Position numbers and translations under genes: made by a program
Shown here: positions 30,216 to 41,488 of the stretch, piece after piece
How the letters are laid out: each line of letters starts with the position of its first letter
Position numbering within the stretch: position 1 is the first letter of the stretch
Assembly: GCA_963815765.1 (NCBI GenBank)
Contig: CAWFID010000016.1
Coordinates: forward strand, 5,686-69,685
Direction: 5' to 3'
Length of the DNA stretch: 64,000 nt
Source: an uncultured Bacillaceae bacterium
GTDB taxonomy: Bacteria > Bacillota > Bacilli > Bacillales > Cytobacillaceae
The notes under the pieces: model-generated
What the model saw: the letters and a program-made list of their open reading frames with translations, nothing else
Told to the model about the DNA's origin: nothing
Database searches by the model: none

Positions 30216-31705
30216 AAGATGTAACAGCAGGGTTTAGTGAACGGATGTCAAGAGTGGCATTGTTTGATCCGCTACATGCTTTAGATCGGAAAAATAAATC
30301 AGACCTTGACGGGAATTCCATTGATATGAAGGGGCTAGGATTACTTACACTTCTTTTCTTTTTTGAACAAAAACTGATGCGGAATCAGAAGTCAGGTGTG
30401 AAAGAGCTGGCTCATTTTTTACAAAAAGTAACAGAACAGTACGTCCATCTGGAACCAGACGGATTTGAAGATCTTGCTCGAACGATTATTCAGACGTTTC
30501 GACCAGCGACAGGAAAAAAACGTGAAAAGATATTCTTTAATTGGGATACAAAGCAACAGGAAACGATCTATTTTTCTTTTTTAAAAGCAAATTCCTTTGA
30601 TGTAAAAACCAACTCGCAATATTACACCCTTGATGAAGATGGACTTGAACTCGTGTTTGCGACAAAAGAATTTTACAGTGAATTTCAATTATCTATTAAT
30701 CAGCTTGTCCTTCGTAAACAGCTTGAAAAAGGGGAATTTAAGGGAGCTCTAAGACAAATAAATGAAATGCGAATTGATGTAGAGTCTCTTGAAGAGAGAA
30801 TGACGAAACTTGAACATGAGATCAAGCGAAATATCATATCAGAAGATACGTATTCTCGTTATCAATCCTTATTAGAGGATATTTATTTCCGACTAAGCTT
30901 AGAGAATGAAGAGTTTGAGGAATTACATGGATTTGTCAGAGAAACGAAAGAAAGGCTTTATTATAAAGATAATAGTAGTAAGGAACGTCAAACCTATGAA
31001 TTGGTTTTAGAAATATCCCAAGAACTAGAAGAAGTTCATGCAGGACATACACAACTTCTTCAAAAGAGCATTGATCTTAAAAATAGTGCACTCAAAGCTG
31101 CACAGGAATCACTCTATTATGTCGGGATCGATTCTTTTAATTTTGATCAGGATATTACTACGCGAATCATTAGTTCTCCACTACCGTTAGAATCCATGAA
31201 GGGTATATTGGTTCCGTTTATGGATGTCCAGCAAACAAAGCAATGGTCGCTACTGACGGTTTTTTCCGAACAAAATATCAAAGAAGAGCGAGAAACCTTG
31301 GCTGATGAGGTTTTTATGGAAGTAAGTGAGGAAGAGACAAAAGAATATCAGGAAATGCTTGCAAAGCAATATGGGCAATTGATGGAATTGCTGCTTGAGG
31401 CGATGGGAGACGAGAAATCGATTATTCTAAAGCAGTATTTTCATTTTTTAAAAGAAAATGGACATGAACATTGGCTGAATAATCGCTTCTTGTTCGACTT
31501 CTTGATTCTTCTCCATCATCGCTCACCGATTCAAAGGGAAAAGGGCGAATCAGAGAGCAATCCTCAACTTTTAGAGGTTGTGTCAAGTTTACTTGGAACA
31601 AAGATCCTTTCCGTCACAGAACTGCCAGAAATCCTTCAAGAATCTGAGAGATACAGTATTCAAAATATGATTCTCACCTTAGGAGATGAAGATGATGCAT
31701 TATGA
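30206..31705 (+). CDS. jetA: Wadjet JetA-like (kleisin/MksF) subunit
   Basis: 499 aa helical/coiled-coil protein overlapping jetD and jetB; assigned by position. Confidence 0.75.
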   Translation: MEVKDVTAGFSERMSRVALFDPLHALDRKNKSDLDGNSIDMKGLGLLTLLFFFEQKLMRNQKSGVKELAHFLQKVTEQYVHLEPDGFEDLARTIIQTFRPATGKKREKIFFNWDTKQQETIYFSFLKANSFDVKTNSQYYTLDEDGLELVFATKEFYSEFQLSINQLVLRKQLEKGEFKGALRQINEMRIDVESLEERMTKLEHEIKRNIISEDTYSRYQSLLEDIYFRLSLENEEFEELHGFVRETKERLYYKDNSSKERQTYELVLEISQELEEVHAGHTQLLQKSIDLKNSALKAAQESLYYVGIDSFNFDQDITTRIISSPLPLESMKGILVPFMDVQQTKQWSLLTVFSEQNIKEERETLADEVFMEVSEEETKEYQEMLAKQYGQLMELLLEAMGDEKSIILKQYFHFLKENGHEHWLNNRFLFDFLILLHHRSPIQREKGESESNPQLLEVVSSLLGTKILSVTELPEILQESERYSIQNMILTLGDEDDAL

Positions 31706-32456
31706 TGAATCAACGATTATGAAAGCCTTTGAATTATATACAATTCTTTCGCGTGACGGCGTATCAGGAAAGACTTATTTGCAAATCTATATTGCAGATG
31801 ATGGCGTAAGGGCGCTTGTTGATCAATTTGCTAAGGCCCTGGATTGTGTCACGCTGATTGCAGGAGACCATTTATATATGATTCCGGAAACGAAACTTTC
31901 ACCGTTTCATGTGAATAACGACTTTTTAAAGCGAACTTATTTAAAAGGGAACGCCACAAATGCAGATTTATATTTATTATATTTTGCGACGATTGTCTTG
32001 ATGGGTGAATTTTATGATAGCTACCATTCAAAAGAACCAACAAGAGAGTTCATAGCTTTAGATGATTGGGTTGAAAGTATGAACAAACGAATGGAAACGT
32101 TAAAGGAACACAGTGCTGAAGAATTAAGAGAGGTTGAAAGTGAATTTTCCTATAATTGGACTTCGATTATCGAGAAATGGGATGCGATGGATGATTTAAA
32201 AGAAACGGTTAAAAAGCAATCGGGAAATACCATTAGTCGCCTTAGCTTTTTAGATACAGCGAGTCGATTTTTACTAGATCAAGAGATAGTCGAGGAAATT
32301 GGAAACCAAGAACTTACTTTATCGGAAAAAGCAAAAACGATTGTGCAGCGTTACTTTATGGAACTGGAATATAATCGCGGAATATTAGAGTTTCTCTATC
32401 AATTTGAATCAAGCAAAACAGGGGGTGAAGAAAATGCCATCCATCTCGAAAATTAG
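31695..32456 (+). CDS. jetB: Wadjet JetB-like (kite/MksE, DUF6063-like) subunit
   Basis: About 250 aa between jetA and the SMC gene; AGGAG RBS. Confidence 0.75.
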   Translation: MHYDESTIMKAFELYTILSRDGVSGKTYLQIYIADDGVRALVDQFAKALDCVTLIAGDHLYMIPETKLSPFHVNNDFLKRTYLKGNATNADLYLLYFATIVLMGEFYDSYHSKEPTREFIALDDWVESMNKRMETLKEHSAEELREVESEFSYNWTSIIEKWDAMDDLKETVKKQSGNTISRLSFLDTASRFLLDQEIVEEIGNQELTLSEKAKTIVQRYFMELEYNRGILEFLYQFESSKTGGEENAIHLEN

Positions 32457-35400
32457 ATTTACAAATGTGATTTATGAAGGCGGAAACAAACGTTATAATG
32501 ATGAGATCTTTTTATTTGATGGTCATAATGGAGCGATTTTACTAGAAAATGGTGGAGGGAAAACGGTTTTTATCCAAACGGTCCTTCAGGCAGTGCTTCC
32601 CCATGCGGATCTGGCTGATCGAAAAATTAGAGATACACTTAAATTAGAGGATGCACCTGCCCATGTTGCAGTTGAGTGGATTTTAAACGAACACCCTCGT
32701 CGCTATGCCCTAACCTGTGTCTCCTTATTTTTGACGAAAAATGGTCTGGATTCGTATCGTTATGTGTTTGAATACGGTGAAAACGACCATCATTCCATTG
32801 GGGAAGTCCCATTTGTAAAACCCTTTGCCGGAAAGATGAGACCAACAGACCGTGGGGAAATCCAAGAATACTATTCTCATATGGCACAAACGCATATGAA
32901 TGCAAAAACATTTGACACGATCAAGAGCTACAAAATGTATCTGGAACAAAACTATCATATTATCCCAAAGGAATGGGAAAGCATTGTCAAGATCAATAGT
33001 GCAGAAGGAGGAGTCGAAAACTTTTTCGATGAATGCAAAACGACGGGGCAGCTATTTGATCGATTATTGATTCCAACTGTTGAGGAGTCTCTGACAGGAT
33101 TTCAAAAGGATGAGTTTGCGGAAACATTTGACAAGCATCGTGAAAGCTTTAAAGAGTATAAGCACCTGAAGGAAAAGATTGCTGAAAATGAGCGTATTAA
33201 AGAAAGAGTAGAGGGATATGTTAAAGCCTTTGCCGTTCTTGATGAGAAACGCCTTGATTATCAGGAAATGAAGGGAATCGCAAAGGCTTATTTTCACCAG
33301 GCCAAAAAGCAACAAAAGCAGGTGGAGGAAGAGCATCAACAGTTGACGGAGTCCTTTGAAGCTTTGAGAGAGAAACAGAAGCAGTTAGAACAAAAGGAAT
33401 CTTCCTATGAAATAGCCGTTGAAAAAGAAAGGCTTGATCAAGTTTCAAAACATTTAGCGGAAGAAATAAAAAAACAGACTGAGGTTCAAGAAAAACTTGA
33501 TGAAGCAGATTCTTTCTATTACTCCTTAAAACTAGCCCAATATAAAAAGTCCTATCGCATTGAAGAACAATCTCAAATGCATTATGAAGAGAAACTTGCG
33601 GAATTGGACAAAGAGTTTGATACGGAAGAAATTCGGGATGAATTAGATGAAAATGCCCAAGAAATTAAAGGGTATTTTGTTGCATTGGAAGACAAACTCA
33701 AAAAAGAACAACAGGAAATTCAGTTTGAGCTAAACTCGATCACAAATAGCCTTGAATCCGAGAAGCAAGCTTTAGAAAAAGTAAAAACGGAACAAAGAGA
33801 TCTTTTAAATCAAAAAACAAGAAATGAAACCATCCTTGAGAAAAATCACGAGGAAATGAATAACCTCCAATCTGAAATCTTGTCCAATCCGAAGCAGGAA
33901 AAAGTAGAAGAGCAGCTGCCTATTTGGATTCAAAAAATCAATGATTTAGATATCGAAAATGCACAACTGATTAATCGAAATAAAGAATTGAAAAATAGTA
34001 ATCAAGGTTTCACGGAGCAACTAAATCTGATCCATCGAACATTGCAAGATACACACAAAAAAGAAGCGGAATTTATAACGAAGAAAAGGAAAAATGAGGA
34101 TGAACATCAAAATTTGAAATTGAAATTAGCTGAAAGAAAGATGGCTTGGTCGAGGCTAGAATCTGTTTATTTAAAACAAGATTCGATCGAAAATCAGTTC
34201 ATTGGGGAAATAAATAAACTGGAAGTTGAGCGTGACCAATTATTAGATAATGAACGAATAGCCTTTCGTTTTGTAGACGATTACGGAAGACAAGATATTT
34301 TCCATGCAGATGCGTACCTTTCAAAGCAAATGGAGCAATGGAAGAATCAATTTTCATATATTGAGTCAGGTGTTTCTTATATCCAATCTCTTCCCGACGA
34401 TGCCACAAGTCTAATCGAGAAATATCCGCTTTGGCCCATTACCTTGATCACGACAACAAAGGAAAAAACAAAGGTTCAGGAAAAAATAAGGCAACTGTAC
34501 GATCGGATCCAATATCCTGTAAATGTATTATCCATGGATGAGGCAACAGCGATTGTCCATGAAGAAGATCCTCTCTATTCCCAGTGGATTCAGCCAAAGC
34601 ATTGGGAATCAAACAGTGATCCGGAATCTTTTGTCCATTGGAAGGAAAATATTCTACAATCAGCCCAAGAAGTAAAACAAAACCGCCAAGCAAAAGAAAA
34701 AGAATTACAATCCTGGAAACAGCTTCAAAATGATCTATATACCTTTATACATCAATATCCATTTGGTGACTACCAAGAACTCAGTGAACAGCTCACAAAG
34801 TTGAAAGAACAGATTTTTCAGCTTTCTGGAGAGGAACGGAAGCTGAAGGAAAAACAAGCTGAAAATGAGAAAGAATACAGTATCAATGAGAAAAAACAAA
34901 CTGAGAACAAGGACCTGATTAACGGTTATGGAACGAAGATTGAAAAAGGTCAAAAATATTTTAAAGTCAAAAAAGAAAATGAAACACTCCAAACAGAATT
35001 ATTATATGTAAATGATAAACGAAACAATCTGGAAGTGATTGACTCAAAACTCAAAAAGACGATCTCTGATTTTCAAGAAAGAGCGGATGAACGGAAGAAA
35101 GAAAAGGAAAGGCTATCGATACAGATTTCTGATCATATATACGGTGATCGATTGTATCAAAAAGTGAAAAATGCACAACCAGTGTTTACTTCAAAAACAA
35201 TTGAAACATTGGAGCAAAAAAGACAAGATTTAGAAAGGGCTCTAGAACATCTTTCAAAAGGACGGAGTGAGCTTGAATCAGCTGTTGAAAATGCTAGTCA
35301 AAACATGGAACGGCTTCAGCGTGAAGTGGACCAGCTTCGAAAAGAAAAAAACAACCTGAATGAGGAACTTGAATTTCCTCTACACGGGACAGAGAAAATG

Positions 35401-36837
35401 AACGAGCTTTGGTCGAAGCGAAATGAATGGGATTCTCAATTAAAAAGTTTAATGGAAACGGTTGGGAAATTAACGACGGAACATGACCGATTAGAAGGCT
35501 CTATTGATGCGATGATGAAAAAAGTAGATGTAGTGATCCAATTTGATCTGCATCTTGAGATTGTCCGCAAGCATCTTGACGAAGAAAAGATTGTGAGTAA
35601 GTTAGAAAATGAGCAGCTTAATCAAATGTCCAGGCAGCTTGATAAGCAAATAAAAATGATAAACGCGATCGTATTTGATTTAGAAAAATACGATCCAAAG
35701 CATTTATTTTTAGATGCAAATATTAAAGAAGCTATTTTGTCTAATGAAGAGATGATTGAATTCACGTATAGCGGCAAAAAGAAGGCAGAAGAAATTATAG
35801 GTGAACTGGAAGCAAGAAATGATTCCTTGCAAAATGAAAGAAACAAGGTAGATCGTGCTAAAGCAAGCTATATAAACTTTTGTCGTCAGGATATAATCGA
35901 TATTCGCATGCGTGAAATGGCGATCCAAGGGATTGAAAATAAAAAGACCTATGATGAAGTGTTAAAATATAAAGAACTTTTAGAAGGTAGAATTCATACA
36001 GCGATTAAGTATGCCGAGCAGAATATCATCACACATGATCAACAGCTTGAACAGTTTATTATTCACATCCACACACATATCAAGAAGATTGCGGATGAAC
36101 TAAAATTGATTCCTAAGAAAACAAGTGTCAAAGTTGAGGATCATTGGAAGGAGATCTACTCCTTCCATATTCCAGAATGGGATGAACAGGAAGGAAAGTC
36201 TGATATTCGCGAGTATATTCATTGGATTCTAGAACAGTTGGATAAAGAAGGATACAAAGATGAAAACGGTCATGATGATACGGGGAAAATTAAGAAGGAT
36301 TTGGAAAAATGGCTTCAATCGAAGCAGTTACTGCAAGTTGTGATGAAAAATCAAAAGATGAAAGTGACCTGTCGAAAAGTCACAAACGATAGTAAAGTAA
36401 CAAAGGGAACTTACTCATGGGAGCAATCAAATGTCTGGTCAGGCGGTGAAAAATGGAGCAAAAATATGACTCTGTTTCTTGGCATCTTGAACTACATTGC
36501 TGAAAAACGTGCATCGATCCAGCAAAACATGAAACGTCATCGTACGGTTATCGTCGATAATCCATTTGGAAAAGCTTCTAGTGATCACGTTTTAAATCCA
36601 GTCTTCTTTATTGCTGAACAGCTGGGCTTTCAAATAATCGCCTTAACGGCACATGTAGAAGGAAAGTTTTTAAGAGATTATTTTCCTGTCATCTATAGCT
36701 GTCGACTAAGAAATGCAGCAGGAAGCGAGAAACAAATCATGACAAAAGAAAAAAACATCCAGCACGCATACTTCAGAGACCATGATCCAAAAGTATTAGA
36801 AAGATTAGGAGAAGTGGAACAGATCGAACTGTTTTAG
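32434..36837 (+). CDS. jetC: Wadjet JetC SMC-like ATPase
   Basis: N-terminal Walker A ENGGGKT, long coiled coils, C-terminal signature WSGGEKW and Walker B VIVDNPFG. Confidence 0.9.
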   Translation: MPSISKIRFTNVIYEGGNKRYNDEIFLFDGHNGAILLENGGGKTVFIQTVLQAVLPHADLADRKIRDTLKLEDAPAHVAVEWILNEHPRRYALTCVSLFLTKNGLDSYRYVFEYGENDHHSIGEVPFVKPFAGKMRPTDRGEIQEYYSHMAQTHMNAKTFDTIKSYKMYLEQNYHIIPKEWESIVKINSAEGGVENFFDECKTTGQLFDRLLIPTVEESLTGFQKDEFAETFDKHRESFKEYKHLKEKIAENERIKERVEGYVKAFAVLDEKRLDYQEMKGIAKAYFHQAKKQQKQVEEEHQQLTESFEALREKQKQLEQKESSYEIAVEKERLDQVSKHLAEEIKKQTEVQEKLDEADSFYYSLKLAQYKKSYRIEEQSQMHYEEKLAELDKEFDTEEIRDELDENAQEIKGYFVALEDKLKKEQQEIQFELNSITNSLESEKQALEKVKTEQRDLLNQKTRNETILEKNHEEMNNLQSEILSNPKQEKVEEQLPIWIQKINDLDIENAQLINRNKELKNSNQGFTEQLNLIHRTLQDTHKKEAEFITKKRKNEDEHQNLKLKLAERKMAWSRLESVYLKQDSIENQFIGEINKLEVERDQLLDNERIAFRFVDDYGRQDIFHADAYLSKQMEQWKNQFSYIESGVSYIQSLPDDATSLIEKYPLWPITLITTTKEKTKVQEKIRQLYDRIQYPVNVLSMDEATAIVHEEDPLYSQWIQPKHWESNSDPESFVHWKENILQSAQEVKQNRQAKEKELQSWKQLQNDLYTFIHQYPFGDYQELSEQLTKLKEQIFQLSGEERKLKEKQAENEKEYSINEKKQTENKDLINGYGTKIEKGQKYFKVKKENETLQTELLYVNDKRNNLEVIDSKLKKTISDFQERADERKKEKERLSIQISDHIYGDRLYQKVKNAQPVFTSKTIETLEQKRQDLERALEHLSKGRSELESAVENASQNMERLQREVDQLRKEKNNLNEELEFPLHGTEKMNELWSKRNEWDSQLKSLMETVGKLTTEHDRLEGSIDAMMKKVDVVIQFDLHLEIVRKHLDEEKIVSKLENEQLNQMSRQLDKQIKMINAIVFDLEKYDPKHLFLDANIKEAILSNEEMIEFTYSGKKKAEEIIGELEARNDSLQNERNKVDRAKASYINFCRQDIIDIRMREMAIQGIENKKTYDEVLKYKELLEGRIHTAIKYAEQNIITHDQQLEQFIIHIHTHIKKIADELKLIPKKTSVKVEDHWKEIYSFHIPEWDEQEGKSDIREYIHWILEQLDKEGYKDENGHDDTGKIKKDLEKWLQSKQLLQVVMKNQKMKVTCRKVTNDSKVTKGTYSWEQSNVWSGGEKWSKNMTLFLGILNYIAEKRASIQQNMKRHRTVIVDNPFGKASSDHVLNPVFFIAEQLGFQIIALTAHVEGKFLRDYFPVIYSCRLRNAAGSEKQIMTKEKNIQHAYFRDHDPKVLERLGEVEQIELF

Positions 36838-36883
36838 AGTGAATACAGGCGATTAATATCTCATAAAAAACCGTCAAAATAAA

Positions 36884-36932
36884 AGAAAGGTGCGAAGTAT
36901 CATCCAATTTTGGATGGTTCCTCGCACCTTTC
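36884..36932. terminator. bidirectional terminator between jetC and the antiporter gene
   Basis: GAAAGGTGCGA...TCGCACCTTTC stem. Confidence 0.7.
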
Positions 36933-36939
36933 CTAATTT

Positions 36940-38163
36940 TTATACCTGAACCTTACTTTTGCGAAATAAAGACCATTTTACTAAAGGGGAAGTAAGGGCA
37001 GTCGTTATAACCGCAACAAGGAACAAAATACTATAATCATTATTCGTAATTAATTTACTGCTTAAACCAATGTTGGCGAATATTAAAATCATTAATCCTC
37101 GTGCATTCATTAAAGCCCCTATGGCACTGGATTCTCCCCAACTATACCCAATGAATTTGGCATAAATCATACAGGCAAAGTATTTGCTTACAAATGCAAT
37201 GAGAATAAACATGAAAACAATGATTAATTGACTACTTGTAAAAGAGCTTAAATCCACATTAAAACCAGAGCTTACGAAATAAATAGGGACCAAAAGCGTA
37301 TGAACAAAATCTGAAATCTTCGTATCTAACTCTTTGGTGACCTTATCTAATTTTGGTACGATTAATCCTGCGACAAAACCTCCAAAAATAGCATGAAGTC
37401 CAATTTTTTCGGTTACCAGGCTGCTAAATAGGAATACAAGAAGAAATAGTGCAAAAAACTCATTGTTCATTACCTTATACTTATTTGTAACTAAATAGTT
37501 TAAAATGGGTTTGATGATAAAAGACATTACTAAAAGGTAAATAACCATATAAATCATAATGCTCATACTGTTAAGTGAAAAATTTAAGCTAGCAATCGAA
37601 AGGATAATTGGCAGCATGATCCATGCGATCACATCATCTATACTTGCCCCAAAAACAACAAACCTTCCCAACTTGGTTTGGATCATCTTTTGTTGATCTA
37701 AAATGCGTACGAGGACTGGAAAGGCGGTTACAGAGATACTTGCTGACATGAACAAAGAATAGACTAATGGAGAAGTTAATGTTTGTTCCAAAAAGGGATA
37801 AATAGTCCAACAGAGTGCAAATGTCATAAAAAAAGTAGGAATGATCCCGACTAAGGCAAGTTGTATAGAATTCTTTAACAGATTATTTTCCATCTTTTCT
37901 TTACGTACATGAATTCCGATTAAAAACATATATAAAGAGATGCCGAGTTGACTCAACAAATACAATTGTTCTTTTATATCTGTATTGAATAGCCAATCTT
38001 GGATCCCGGGGAACCAAGCACCTAAAAAGGTAGGACCTACTAAAATACCACCAATCATCTCCCCAACAACCTTAGGTTGGCCAATGACCTTTGCTAGAGC
38101 ACCAAATAATTGAGAAATCATAATGACAATCAATAAACTCAATAAAAAATGAAACAAAATCAC
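36940..38163 (-). CDS. cation:proton antiporter (CPA2 family)
   Basis: GQPKVVGEMIGGILVGP, SVTAFPVLVRIL, IDDVIAW and MNARGL motifs. Confidence 0.9.
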   Translation of the reverse strand: MILFHFLLSLLIVIMISQLFGALAKVIGQPKVVGEMIGGILVGPTFLGAWFPGIQDWLFNTDIKEQLYLLSQLGISLYMFLIGIHVRKEKMENNLLKNSIQLALVGIIPTFFMTFALCWTIYPFLEQTLTSPLVYSLFMSASISVTAFPVLVRILDQQKMIQTKLGRFVVFGASIDDVIAWIMLPIILSIASLNFSLNSMSIMIYMVIYLLVMSFIIKPILNYLVTNKYKVMNNEFFALFLLVFLFSSLVTEKIGLHAIFGGFVAGLIVPKLDKVTKELDTKISDFVHTLLVPIYFVSSGFNVDLSSFTSSQLIIVFMFILIAFVSKYFACMIYAKFIGYSWGESSAIGALMNARGLMILIFANIGLSSKLITNNDYSILFLVAVITTALTSPLVKWSLFRKSKVQV

Positions 38164-38183
38164 ACACTCCTTTTTCTTTGCGA

Positions 38184-38239
38184 ATGACAGGGGGACGGTT
38201 CTTCTGTTTTAAAAAACAGAAGAACCGTCCCCCTGTCAT
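38184..38239. repeat. REP-like palindrome (GACAGGGGG subtype)
   Basis: ATGACAGGGGGACGGTTCTTCTGTTTT-AA-AAAACAGAAGAACCGTCCCCCTGTCAT, perfect arms. Confidence 0.92.
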
Positions 38240-38418
38240 TTTATACTATTCTAATATATTATATAGAAAATGAAAGAAGATCGTTTTTTCAGAAATACGG
38301 TGTTCATTTGCATGAGTAATAAAAATAATTATGTAGAGGATATTCAAAATAGAATTTAGGATTCGAGATATGATAAAAAATATACGAAATATGTGTCCGT
38401 TGAGAAAGGAAGCTTTTC

Positions 38419-39678
38419 ATGAAGAATCATGGTATTCGCAGTAAAAAAGTCTCGTTTAAGATTTCATTGCTATATATGTTAATTAGTATTTTTTGGATTT
38501 GTACATCAGAGTGGTTAGTAACAAAGGTCCAGATAGCGGATGTTTTTTGGATTAGTATCGTAAAAGGCACTCTTTTTATTATCGCAACGGGGTTACTGTT
38601 ATATAAATTGATTCAGAAAAATATTAAAAATATTGAAAATCGGGAGCAACAGTTAAATAGCTTGATTGAAAATAATATGGATGCCATCATACAACTCGAT
38701 CGTAACGGTCATTTTATCCATGCTAATCATGTAACCGAGATGATCACAGGATATAATCATGAAGAACTCGCAAGCATGAAGGGGAAAGATTTTATTTGTG
38801 AAGAGGATCTAGATAAAGTGCAAAAACACTTTAGTGAGATTGAAAAAGGGAAGCCTTCCATTATTGAGTGTAGGTGCATGATTAAAGGTGGAATTTGTAT
38901 ACTGGTCAGCATGACCAATGTGCCGATTGTAGTCGAAGATCAGATCGTAGGAATGTTCGTCATTATTCGAGATATTACAGCTTTAAAGGATAAGGAGGAG
39001 CTCATCAGGAAATCTGAAAAGCTTTCGATTGTCGGAGAATTAGCTGCGGCTGTGGCACATGAAATTCGGAATCCCCTTACATCAATCAAGGGCTTTCTTC
39101 AATTACTAGAAGGTAAGGATTCAGAAAAAGAGGAGAAACATTACTACACGATCATGCTATCCGAAATCGAACGGATCAATTCCATTGTGAGTGAATTTAT
39201 GGTGCTCGCCAAACCGCAAGCAGTTAACAATCAAAATGAAAATATCACTTCATTATTAACAGACGTCATCACTTTGCTTGAGACACTTGCGATTGTTAAA
39301 AATATAGAGGTCACAAAAGAGTTTGAACCGAATGTTTCGTTGGTAAGGTGTGAAGGAAATCAAATCAAACAGGTATTTATCAATATTTTTAAAAATGCCA
39401 TTGAAGCGGTAGCTAATAAAGGGAGAATCCATATAGAGGTTTCCCAAATGAACAGTGATAGCGTTCGAATTCGTTTTATCGATAATGGGCCTGGTATCCC
39501 CACTGACTTAATAACTAGGTTAGGCGAACCTTTTTATACAACAAAAGAAAAAGGAACCGGTTTAGGTTTAATGGTCAGTTTTAAGATAATCGAAAACCAT
39601 CAAGGAAGGATAAACATAACAAGTGAAATGAACAAAGGAACAACAGTTGATATTATCCTTCCAGTTTCCAAAGAGTGA
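38419..39678 (+). CDS. orphan PAS-domain sensor histidine kinase (sporulation-kinase type)
   Basis: Two TM segments, a PAS domain, H-box AHEIRNPLT, N-box QVFINIFKNAIEA and G-boxes DNGPGI and KGTGLGL. Confidence 0.9.
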   Translation: MKNHGIRSKKVSFKISLLYMLISIFWICTSEWLVTKVQIADVFWISIVKGTLFIIATGLLLYKLIQKNIKNIENREQQLNSLIENNMDAIIQLDRNGHFIHANHVTEMITGYNHEELASMKGKDFICEEDLDKVQKHFSEIEKGKPSIIECRCMIKGGICILVSMTNVPIVVEDQIVGMFVIIRDITALKDKEELIRKSEKLSIVGELAAAVAHEIRNPLTSIKGFLQLLEGKDSEKEEKHYYTIMLSEIERINSIVSEFMVLAKPQAVNNQNENITSLLTDVITLLETLAIVKNIEVTKEFEPNVSLVRCEGNQIKQVFINIFKNAIEAVANKGRIHIEVSQMNSDSVRIRFIDNGPGIPTDLITRLGEPFYTTKEKGTGLGLMVSFKIIENHQGRINITSEMNKGTTVDIILPVSKE

Positions 39679-39728
39679 CAAGGGGACGGTTCTTGCGTAA
39701 CCAAACGCAAGAACCGTCCCTTTGTTTC
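39675..39728. repeat. REP-like palindrome supplying the kinase stop codon
   Basis: GTGACAAGGGGACGGTTCTTGCGTAACCAAACGCAAGAACCGTCCCTTTGTTTC; the TGA at 39676-39678 lies inside the element. Confidence 0.9.
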
Positions 39729-39929
39729 TTTTATATTTTGCAAATAACAAAACCCTCATTGACACATTGGTTAAATTACAATAATATTTGTAAGTCATAT
39801 GTAATAAGATCATTGGTATGAATGATGAAAGAAAAGGAGAAATAGGTAAGTGATTAGATAAAAAGGTTGCGATGTCATTCGATAAGCATAATAAAAAAGT
39901 CAGTCAGTAATGCAGGAGGATCAATCAGT

Positions 39930-41387
39930 ATGCAAATGGGGAAAAAGAGTACAGTGGAAACAGGTCGGGAAGAAATTAAAAATGTTCCGATTATCGTTTC
40001 CTTGGTTATGGCCGGTTTTATCGGGTTATTTAATGAAACAGCCTTAAATATGGCGTTAAATAATATCATTAACAATTTTGGAATAAATGAAACGACCGTG
40101 CAATGGTTAACCACCGGTTATTTATTAACATTAGGAATATTAGTACCAGTATCAGGTCTCATTTTACAATGGTTTACAACCAGGCAGTTATTCATCACTT
40201 CATTAATTTTTTCAATTATTGGAACAGCGATTGGGGCCATGGCTCCGACCTTCAGTATATTAATGGTTGCTCGTATTGTGCAGGCCATTGGGACGGCATT
40301 ACTATTGCCGCTTATGTTTAATACGATCTTGTTGATTATTCCACCGCATAGACGCGGGAAGATAATGGGGATTATCGGTCTTGTGATCATGTTTGCTCCA
40401 GCTCTTGGACCTACTTTATCGGGACTAATCCTGAAAAGTTTGACTTGGCACTGGATCTTTTGGTTTTCATTACCGCTGTTAGTATGTGCGCTTGTATTTG
40501 GCATTTATTATATGCAGAATGTCTCAACACCAACGAAGCCAAAAATTGATGTCCTATCAATTATTTTATCTACGATTGGTTTTGGCGGTATCGTATTTGG
40601 ATTTAGTAGTACGGGAGAAGGAGGCGGCTGGGGGAACCCTGTTGTTATCATTTCACTCGTTATTGGTGCCATTGGATTGGTGATATTTACCATTCGACAG
40701 TTATCCATGAAAGAGCCTGTTCTAAATTTACGGGCGTTTCAATATCCAATGTTTACGCTTGGGTTATTCTTGGTCGTGATCTGTATGATGGTGATTCTTT
40801 CATCTATGATACTACTTCCGTTATACCTGCAGACTTCTCTAGCTCTCAGCACATTTGCGGCAGGACTTTTGCTATTGCCAGGTGGTGTGTTAAACGGACT
40901 TCTCTCTCCTTTTATGGGAAATCTCTTTGATCAATTTGGTCCAAAGTGGTTAGTCATTATTGGATCAGTGATTGTGACAGGAGCGATGGTTGGTTTTTCG
41001 TTCATTACAATGGAAACCTCTTCCGCTTTTATTATTGGACTTCATATCATGACGATGATCGGAGTGTCCATGATCATGATGCCTGCCCAAACGAATGGAC
41101 TCAATCAGCTGCCGCGTGAATTATATCCACACGGAACAGCGATCATGAATACTTTGCAGCAGGTAGCAGGAGCCATTGGTACAGCTGTTGCGATTTCGAT
41201 TCTGTCTTCAGGTGCCGAGCGTTTTATGAATACGGTAGAAGACAAAACGAATCCATTAAACCAAGTGCTTGCCTTTACAGAAGGCGTACAAAGTTCATTT
41301 CTATTTGCGATTATCGTGTCTGTCATTGGATTGGTGATCTCTTTCTTTATCAAGCGGGTAGAAGTGGAACCAGCATTGAAAAAATAA
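39930..41387 (+). CDS. DHA2 (14-TM) MFS efflux pump, LmrB-like
   Basis: LFNETALNMAL, QWLTTGYLL, APALGPTLSG and NTLQQVAGAIG motifs. Confidence 0.9.
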   Translation: MQMGKKSTVETGREEIKNVPIIVSLVMAGFIGLFNETALNMALNNIINNFGINETTVQWLTTGYLLTLGILVPVSGLILQWFTTRQLFITSLIFSIIGTAIGAMAPTFSILMVARIVQAIGTALLLPLMFNTILLIIPPHRRGKIMGIIGLVIMFAPALGPTLSGLILKSLTWHWIFWFSLPLLVCALVFGIYYMQNVSTPTKPKIDVLSIILSTIGFGGIVFGFSSTGEGGGWGNPVVIISLVIGAIGLVIFTIRQLSMKEPVLNLRAFQYPMFTLGLFLVVICMMVILSSMILLPLYLQTSLALSTFAAGLLLLPGGVLNGLLSPFMGNLFDQFGPKWLVIIGSVIVTGAMVGFSFITMETSSAFIIGLHIMTMIGVSMIMMPAQTNGLNQLPRELYPHGTAIMNTLQQVAGAIGTAVAISILSSGAERFMNTVEDKTNPLNQVLAFTEGVQSSFLFAIIVSVIGLVISFFIKRVEVEPALKK

Positions 41388-41488
41388 ATAAAAACAGATA
41401 GCAGATTAGTGCCAGGAGATAAAAAAGGGTGCCCCTTACGATCCAGATAATAGATGGTAAGAGGCACCTTTTTGTCATTCTTGGTTTT

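Noticed and set aside
32434-36837. Housekeeping chromosome-segregation Smc or SbcC
   Set aside because: Its operon partners include a TOPRIM nuclease and the context is accessory, which fits Wadjet.
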